This document shows positions 32,224 to 38,217 of a DNA stretch of 38,217 nt, piece after piece (positions within the stretch are counted from its first letter, which is position 1; each line of letters starts with the position of its first letter). The position numbers and the translations under genes are program-made. The DNA is taken from positions 164,652 through 202,868 of the forward strand of contig CAXULY010000005.1 in NCBI GenBank assembly GCA_964252075.1. The letters are read 5' to 3'. This DNA is from an uncultured Deinococcaceae bacterium. Its GTDB lineage: Bacteria; Deinococcota; Deinococci; Deinococcales; Deinococcaceae. The notes under the pieces were generated by a model, which worked only from the letters and a program-made list of their open reading frames with translations, was not told where the DNA came from and did no database searches.

Positions 32224-33921
32224 ATGCGCAAGATCGGTCTGATCTCAGCCCTGCTGCTCGCAAGCTCAGCGTTTGCGGCGACCCCCAACGACACCCTCGT
32301 GATTCAGGAGGCGGGCGACTACCCGACCCTCGACCCCGTCATGAGTTACGACACCGGCTCGGGCCAGTTCGTCGAGAACATCTACGAGACCCTCGTGACC
32401 TACAAGGGCAACAGCGTGCGCGACCTCCAGCCGGTCCTCGCGACCGCCTGGAAGCAGTCGAACGGCGGCAAGGTCTGGACCTTCGACCTGCGCAAGAACG
32501 TGAAGTTCCACAGCGGCAACGCCATGACCTGCGCGGACGCCGAGTACAGCTTCCGCCGCGACCTCGTCGTGAACAACGCCGACTCTTGGACGTGGTTCCT
32601 CGCGGACGCGGTGGGCACCACCGACGACGCCAGCTGGGCCAAGATCAGCAAGGCGGTCGCCTGCAACGCCCAGGGGCAACTGGTGTTCACGCTCCCGAAG
32701 GTCGACCCGGCCTTCCTCGCGAAGTTGGCCTTCCAGAGCGCCGCCGTCGTGGACAGCAAGTACGCCATCAAGATCGGCGAGTGGGACGGCACCGAGAAGA
32801 GCATCAAGAGCTGGGCGGGCAAGGACCTGAACGACTCCGCGCTCAGCAAGGCGCCCAGCGGCACGGGCGCCTACCAGCTCGTGAAGCGCGACGCGAACAA
32901 CACGCTGCTCCGGGCCTTCCCCGGCTACTGGGGCGGCAAGCCCGCCATTCAGAACGTGATCCTGCAGCAGGTCGCGGAGCAGGCCACGCGCCTGGAGGCC
33001 CTCAAGCGCGGCGACGCGGACCTCGTGGAGACCGGCCCGCGCCCCGTGCTGGAGCAGCTGCGCGGCGCGCCCGGCCTCGTCGTGATTGACGATCTCGGCA
33101 ACAACACGGCGGGCGTGTTCTTCATGAACGAGAAGATCGCGGACCCCGCCGCGCTCGGCAGCGGCAAGCTGGACGGCAAGGGCATCCCCTCGAACTTCTT
33201 CTCGGACGTGAACGTCCGCCGCGGCTTCAGCTACGCCTTCGACTACCAGGGCTACATCAAGTCCGTGCTGCAGGGCAAGGGCGTGCAGCGCACCATGGCG
33301 CTCCCCGACAGCTTCCCCGGCTACGACGACGGCGTGAAGATGTACAGCTTCGACGCCAAGAAGGCCGCCGCGTACTTCAAGCGCGCCTTCGGCGGGCAGC
33401 TCTGGAAGAACGGCTTCACCGTCACCGCACACTACCGCGCGGGCAGCACCGGCCAGCAGACCGCCATGGAGATCCTCAAGAAGGGCATCGAGTCCCTGAA
33501 CCCGAAGTTCCGCTTCAACATCGAGGCGAAGCAGTGGGCGGACATGCTCAAGGACGCCAAGAGCAGCAAGGAAGCGATGCTGTCCCTGGCATGGGTGCCG
33601 GACTACGCCGACCCCGACAACTTCATGTACACCTTCTACAGCTCCAAGGGCTTCTACCAGCCGCGCCTGAACTACCTCGACAAGAACGTGGACGCGTGGC
33701 TGGAGCAGGCGCGCAGCACCACCGACGCGAACAAGCGCGCCAAGCTCTACACCCTGGTCGGCAACCGCGCCTTCGAGAACCCGCCGTTCATCCTGCAGCC
33801 CGCGGGCGTGGGCTTCATCGTGATCCGCAACAACCTGCAGGGCGTCAGCAAGGCCACCTACAACCCCATGCTGAGCTTCAGCTACACCGGCACCTTCTGG
33901 AAGGAACTCAGCAAGAAGTAA
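32224..33921 (+). CDS. Peptide/nickel ABC transporter substrate-binding protein (family 5, DppA/OppA-like)
   Basis: AGGAGG RBS before ATG 32224 and a signal peptide. [25 protein letters not shown] and [11 protein letters not shown]. Confidence 0.93.
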   Translation: MRKIGLISALLLASSAFAATPNDTLVIQEAGDYPTLDPVMSYDTGSGQFVENIYETLVTYKGNSVRDLQPVLATAWKQSNGGKVWTFDLRKNVKFHSGNAMTCADAEYSFRRDLVVNNADSWTWFLADAVGTTDDASWAKISKAVACNAQGQLVFTLPKVDPAFLAKLAFQSAAVVDSKYAIKIGEWDGTEKSIKSWAGKDLNDSALSKAPSGTGAYQLVKRDANNTLLRAFPGYWGGKPAIQNVILQQVAEQATRLEALKRGDADLVETGPRPVLEQLRGAPGLVVIDDLGNNTAGVFFMNEKIADPAALGSGKLDGKGIPSNFFSDVNVRRGFSYAFDYQGYIKSVLQGKGVQRTMALPDSFPGYDDGVKMYSFDAKKAAAYFKRAFGGQLWKNGFTVTAHYRAGSTGQQTAMEILKKGIESLNPKFRFNIEAKQWADMLKDAKSSKEAMLSLAWVPDYADPDNFMYTFYSSKGFYQPRLNYLDKNVDAWLEQARSTTDANKRAKLYTLVGNRAFENPPFILQPAGVGFIVIRNNLQGVSKATYNPMLSFSYTGTFWKELSKK

Positions 33922-33934
33922 ACGCACGCGCGCG

Positions 33935-33956
33935 GGCGGGCAGGCAACTGCCCGCC
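33935..33956 (+). terminator. Intercistronic hairpin after the binding-protein gene (partial terminator or mRNA stabiliser)
   Basis: GGCGGGCAG-GCAA-CTGCCCGCC with a GNRA loop. Confidence 0.55.
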
Positions 33957-33987
33957 GCGCCTGCTTTACTCCCTTGGGACAGACGCG

Positions 33988-35016
33988 ATGCTGACCTTTA
34001 CCTTCCGGCGCCTCCTGATGCTGCCCGTCATCATGCTGGCCCTGTCCCTGCTGATCGTGGCGCTCCTGCAACTGCTCACGCCCGAGCAGCGCGCGGTGGC
34101 GTACATCAGCAGTGACCAGCAGGCCCGCAACCTCGACCGCATCATCCACGACCACGGACTCGACCAGCCCTTCCCCGTGCAGTACGGCAAGTGGCTGACC
34201 TCCGCGCTGCACGGCGACCTCGGCTTCTCCAAGGCCTCCAGCGAACCGGTCGTGCAGACCATCATCGAGCGCTTCCCCGCCACCCTGCAGCTCACACTGG
34301 TCGCCGCCATCCCCATCATCCTGGTGGGCGTGTGGCTCGGCACGCTCGCCGCCCTGAACCGCGGGCGGCTCGTGGACCAGGTGCTGGGCCTGCTGGCCGT
34401 CATCGGGTACAGCCTCCCCACCTTCGTGCTGGGCATCGTGATGCTGGTGGTGTTCTACGGCTTCCTCGGCTGGGTGCCCGGCAGCGGCGACCTGGACGTC
34501 ATCAACACCTTCACGACCGCCGACCCGGCCTTCCGGCACTACACCAACATGATCCTCTTCGACGCCATGCTGAACGGCCAGTGGGCGGTCGCGTGGGACG
34601 CCCTGCGGCACCTGATCCTGCCCGCCGTCACGCTCGTCGTGGTGTCCAGCGCCGGCATCCTGAAGGTCATGCGCGCCCAGCTCCTGGAGGCGCTCGGCAG
34701 CGATTACGTGCGCACCGCGCGCAGCAAGGGCCTCAGCGACCGCAGCGTGAACCTCAAACACGCGCGGCGCAACGCGCTGCTGCCCATCATCACGCTGGGC
34801 GGCTTCACGCTCATCAGCCTGCTGGGCGGCGCGATCATCACGGAAACCGTGTTCGGGTACCCCGGCGTGGGCAAGTGGGCGGCGGACGCCGCGAGCCGCT
34901 TCGACGTGCCCGGCGTGATCGGCTTCGCGCTGCTCTCGGCGGTCGCGGTGGTGCTCATCAGCACCCTCACCGACCTGCTGTACGGCGTGGTGGACCCCCG
35001 CGTGAGGTTCGACTGA
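33988..35016 (+). CDS. Peptide ABC transporter permease (DppB/OppB type)
   Basis: [22 protein letters not shown] and [11 protein letters not shown]...HARRNALLP, ending DPRVR. Confidence 0.94.
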   Translation: MLTFTFRRLLMLPVIMLALSLLIVALLQLLTPEQRAVAYISSDQQARNLDRIIHDHGLDQPFPVQYGKWLTSALHGDLGFSKASSEPVVQTIIERFPATLQLTLVAAIPIILVGVWLGTLAALNRGRLVDQVLGLLAVIGYSLPTFVLGIVMLVVFYGFLGWVPGSGDLDVINTFTTADPAFRHYTNMILFDAMLNGQWAVAWDALRHLILPAVTLVVVSSAGILKVMRAQLLEALGSDYVRTARSKGLSDRSVNLKHARRNALLPIITLGGFTLISLLGGAIITETVFGYPGVGKWAADAASRFDVPGVIGFALLSAVAVVLISTLTDLLYGVVDPRVRFD

Positions 35017-36029
35017 TGGCCGCTCCCACCGCCCCCCTCACCCGCCGGCGCGAGGGCGGCGCGCGCGCCTTCTGGACGTCCCGCAACATGCGCCGCCTGC
35101 GCCGCAACAAACTCGCGTGGCTGGGCGCGCTGCTCGTCGCGGTGTTCGCGCTCACCGCGGTGTTCGCGCCGCTCATCGCGCCGCCGCAGGGCAACTGCCT
35201 GCGCGACCTCGGCATCGCGCGCAGCGCCGAGGTGTACAACCCGCTGGGCGGCGCGTTCTGGCACGCGCTGTTCGCCGCGCCGCAGACCTGCTACCAGATC
35301 GTGCGCGTGAGTTTCTCGCCGGTGCCCACCGCGCCCGGCCAGGAGGCGCTGTTCGGCACCAGCCAGGGCTACGACATCTTCTACGGCCTGGTGTGGGGCA
35401 CCCGCACGGTGCTGCGCATGGGCCTCATCATCGAGGCCATCAACCTCGTGCTGGGCCTGCTGATCGGCGCGCTCTCCGGCTTCTACGGCCGCTGGGTGGA
35501 CACCGTCATCCAGCGCGTCATCGACATCCTGCTGGCCTTTCCGGGCCTCATCCTGACGGTCGTGCTGATCACCATTCTGCGCCCCAGCATCACCACCATC
35601 ATCCTGGCGTTCGTGATCACCGGCTGGGCGAGTTACGCGCGCGTGATTCGCGGGGACATTCTGCGCACCCGGCAACTGGAGTACGTGGACGCCGCCCGCG
35701 CCCTCGGCGCGCGCGACTGGCGCCTTATCACGCGCCACGTCCTGCCGAACAGCCTCACCAGCCTCCTCACAATCGCGATTCTGGACCTCGGCACCATCCC
35801 GCTGTCCGTCGCGGCCCTGTCCTTCATCGGGATCGGATTGCCCGTCGGGTACACCGACTGGGGGCAGCTCATGAGCTTCGCGCGCGCCTGGATTCAGGGG
35901 CCGCCCGGCCAGCCGCTCGCGTACTGGTACGTGACGGTGTTCCCGGCGCTGTTCATTGTGCTGTACAGCCTCGGCTGGAACCTGCTGGGCGATTCGGCGC
36001 GCGACGCCTTCGACCCGCGCGGGCGCTGA
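35016..36029 (+). CDS. Peptide ABC transporter permease (DppC/OppC type)
   Basis: TGATG overlap start at 35016. [33 protein letters not shown] and [14 protein letters not shown]. Confidence 0.93.
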   Translation: MAAPTAPLTRRREGGARAFWTSRNMRRLRRNKLAWLGALLVAVFALTAVFAPLIAPPQGNCLRDLGIARSAEVYNPLGGAFWHALFAAPQTCYQIVRVSFSPVPTAPGQEALFGTSQGYDIFYGLVWGTRTVLRMGLIIEAINLVLGLLIGALSGFYGRWVDTVIQRVIDILLAFPGLILTVVLITILRPSITTIILAFVITGWASYARVIRGDILRTRQLEYVDAARALGARDWRLITRHVLPNSLTSLLTIAILDLGTIPLSVAALSFIGIGLPVGYTDWGQLMSFARAWIQGPPGQPLAYWYVTVFPALFIVLYSLGWNLLGDSARDAFDPRGR

Positions 36030-36134
36030 GCGCAGAGAGGACCCACAAGATTTTCATGCAGGTATGAGAACTCTATGCTCTACTTCACTCGCTACCTCTT
36101 TCGGAGCAACTCAAGTTCACCTTGTGGAGGAACC

Positions 36135-37868
36135 ATGAAGAAAGCCCTGCTTCTCGCTGGCCTCATGCTGGGGTCCGCGGCCTTTGCCCAGGTCAAGAAC
36201 CCCGGTACGCTCGTCAGCCTCACCATCAGCGACTGGTCCAGCTTCGATCCCGCCCAGTGCTACGACACCGCCTGCGGTGAGATCCTCCAGAACACGCTGG
36301 AGACCCTGTACTTCCCGCAGCCCAGCAGCATGGACACGGAAGCCAGCAGCCCCAAGATCGTGAACCAGCCGCTCCTCGCGGCGGGCCTGCCGACCGTCAC
36401 GAACGGCGGCAAGACCTTCACGATCAAGCTGAACGCCGCTGCGAAGTTCAGTGACGGCACGCCCGTCACGTCCGCCGACGTGAAGTACTCGCTGATGCGC
36501 CAGATGCTCATCAGCGCCGACGCGGGCGCCGCGCCGCTGCTGCTGGAACCCATCATGGGCAGCGCCGCCGGCATCAAGAAGGATGACGCCACCGCCTTCG
36601 ACAAGATGGACAAGGCCATCCAGACCCCGAACGCCACCACCGTGGTGTTCAACCTCGCCAAGCCCTTCGCGCCCTTCGTCGCGGTGCTCGCGCACCCCGT
36701 CGCGGCCATCTACAGCAAGGCCGCGGCTGTCAAGGCGGGCGCCTGGGACGGTGGCAAGACCACCTGGCAGAAGTTCAGCAACGAGAACCTCGCGAACTCG
36801 GTGTTCGCGAACGTCGTGCCGCTGGGCTCCGGCCCCTTCCAGCTGCAGCGCTACGACAAGGGCAGCCAGGTGATCCTGCGCCGCAACGACAAGTACTGGC
36901 GCGCGCCCGCCAAGCTGCAGACCGTGGTTATCAAGAAGGTCGACGAGCCCGCCACGGCCGTGCAGCTCCTCAAGACCGGTGACGCCGACCAGATCCTCGT
37001 GGGCGTGTACCCCCGCAACGTCGCCACGCAGTTCGACAACCTGCAGGGCGTGAAGTTCATTGACAACGTCTCCACGCTGGTGCTGTCGGCGATGTACCTG
37101 AACTTCAACATCCAGGACCCCGCGAAGCTCGGCGGCGGCACGCTGTCCGAGAAGGGCATCCCCGCGAACTTCTTCAGCGACCTCAACGTCCGCAAGGCCT
37201 TCGCGGCGAGCTTCGACTACCAGGGCTTCCTGCGTGACCAGCTGCTCGGCAAGGGCGTCATCAACAACACTGCCATGCAGACCTCCTTCCCGGGTTACAA
37301 CGCGGCCCTGAAGTACAAGTTCGACAAGGTCGCGGCCACCAACTACTTCAAGAAGGCCTGGGGCGGCAAGGTCTGGACGACCGGCTTCACGGTGCCCATC
37401 TACTGGAACAGCGGCAACGCGAACCGCCAGAAGGCCGCCGAGATCATGAAGCGCGGCATCGAGTCGCTGAACCCGAAGTTCCACGTGGACGTGCGCGAGG
37501 CGCAGTTCTCGCAGATCCTCGCGGACGCCGCCGCGCACCGCATGACCGTGTGGATGCTGGGCTGGCAGGCAGACTACGGCGACCCGCACAACTTCGCGCA
37601 GCCGTTCCTCGCGTCCACCGGCAACTACCCGCAGAACACCGGGTACAAGAACCCCACCGTGGACCGCCTGATTGATCAGGCCGTCGCGACCACCGACGCC
37701 GCCAAGCGCGCCGCGCTGTACAAGCAGATCGTGCAGATCGGTTACAACGACGTCGCGGAAATCCCGCTCTTCCAGAACGTGTCCTACACCGCGCAGCGCG
37801 ACTGGGTGAAGGGCCGCGTCACGAGCCCGCTGTACTCGGGTGACATCTACTACTACACCAGCAAGTAA
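36135..37868 (+). CDS. Second family-5 ABC substrate-binding protein (paralog of 32224-33921)
   Basis: GGAGG RBS before ATG 36135 and a signal peptide. SFDPA, KFSDGTPVT, GSGPF, GIPANFFSD and WQADYGDPHNF. Confidence 0.93.
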   Translation: MKKALLLAGLMLGSAAFAQVKNPGTLVSLTISDWSSFDPAQCYDTACGEILQNTLETLYFPQPSSMDTEASSPKIVNQPLLAAGLPTVTNGGKTFTIKLNAAAKFSDGTPVTSADVKYSLMRQMLISADAGAAPLLLEPIMGSAAGIKKDDATAFDKMDKAIQTPNATTVVFNLAKPFAPFVAVLAHPVAAIYSKAAAVKAGAWDGGKTTWQKFSNENLANSVFANVVPLGSGPFQLQRYDKGSQVILRRNDKYWRAPAKLQTVVIKKVDEPATAVQLLKTGDADQILVGVYPRNVATQFDNLQGVKFIDNVSTLVLSAMYLNFNIQDPAKLGGGTLSEKGIPANFFSDLNVRKAFAASFDYQGFLRDQLLGKGVINNTAMQTSFPGYNAALKYKFDKVAATNYFKKAWGGKVWTTGFTVPIYWNSGNANRQKAAEIMKRGIESLNPKFHVDVREAQFSQILADAAAHRMTVWMLGWQADYGDPHNFAQPFLASTGNYPQNTGYKNPTVDRLIDQAVATTDAAKRAALYKQIVQIGYNDVAEIPLFQNVSYTAQRDWVKGRVTSPLYSGDIYYYTSK

Positions 37869-37881
37869 GCGCCACCACACC

Positions 37882-37915
37882 TGGGCCGGGCGGGGAGTAC
37901 TCCCCGCCCGGCCCA
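37882..37915 (+). terminator. 34-nt perfect palindrome after the second binding-protein gene
   Basis: TGGGCCGGGCGGGGAGTACTCCCCGCCCGGCCCA. Confidence 0.7.
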
Positions 37916-38142
37916 CTTGCGTTCCCCGCAGGGTAACGATTCCTGAAGTCCCCTCATCCGCCTCAATCCCCGCGACTCCGCCAATTTGCTTATAATCCTC
38001 AATTGCAGTCCAGCGTCAGCCCCTTGCGCGCCGGACCGTGGGGACCCCAGCAGTTCAGTGTCGGTGCGGATCGCGCGCCGCTCGCCGGTGGCTGCAACAC
38101 GCCATGGCGCGCCGGTGCGGAACGCCCGAGCCCGGAGGATTC

Positions 38143-38217
38143 ATGTTCACATTCGTCTTGCGGCGGCTCGTCCAGTTGCCGATCACCCTGCTGGTGATCT
38201 CGGTGCTGGTGTTTCTG
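38143..38217 (+). CDS. 5' end of a further DppB-type peptide ABC permease, truncated by the window edge
   Basis: GGAGG RBS then MFTFVLRRLVQLPITLLVISVLVFL, which parallels [17 protein letters not shown] of 33988. Not in the ORF track. Confidence 0.8.
   Translation, partial: MFTFVLRRLVQLPITLLVISVLVFL

Noticed and set aside
34191..36029. 612-aa ORF as a fused permease
   Set aside because: The upstream part is off-frame over dppB. DppC starts at the TGATG overlap at 35016.
32266..37916. Antisense ORFs of 831 aa and 599 aa over the peptide ABC genes
   Set aside because: They mirror strongly biased sense genes and show no independent coding signal.
38003..38197. 64-aa TTG-started ORF after TATAAT
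   Set aside because: It has no RBS, atypical composition, and overlaps the better-supported permease start at 38143 in another frame.

Overview
High-GC bacterial window, most likely from a Deinococcus (inferred from gene content, the SodC/beta-propeller fusion, and -10 boxes sitting 5-8 nt before start codons). In order it holds: the start of a probable IclR-family regulator and a lower-GC orphan ORF; the histidine-utilisation operon hutU-hutG-hutI-hutH; and a SAM-I riboswitch that precedes only a chain of micro-ORFs and a 66-68 aa orphan. Next come a siderophore-iron reduction pair (FhuF-like plus SIP) divergent from a lone FhuC/FecE-type ATPase, a PQQ sugar dehydrogenase with a Cu/Zn-SOD/beta-propeller fusion, a YtcJ-like amidohydrolase and a catalase. 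A ROK-regulated sugar locus follows (glycoside hydrolase, kinase, ABC transporter, amidohydrolase), then an imelysin/EfeO-like plus FTR1 iron uptake pair, a DUF1540-like protein and a degenerate M41-peptidase-like protein. The window ends with msrPQ, cobB, two membrane proteins, ddl and a tandem peptide ABC transporter array running off the right edge. The most unusual signals are the SAM riboswitch with stop/start-coupled micro-ORFs, a shared CCGA-N9-TCGG palindrome at both iron loci, and the uncharacterised glycoside/amidohydrolase catabolic locus. No CRISPR array, rRNA, tRNA or transposase was seen. All family calls are from motif recognition by eye; no search was run.
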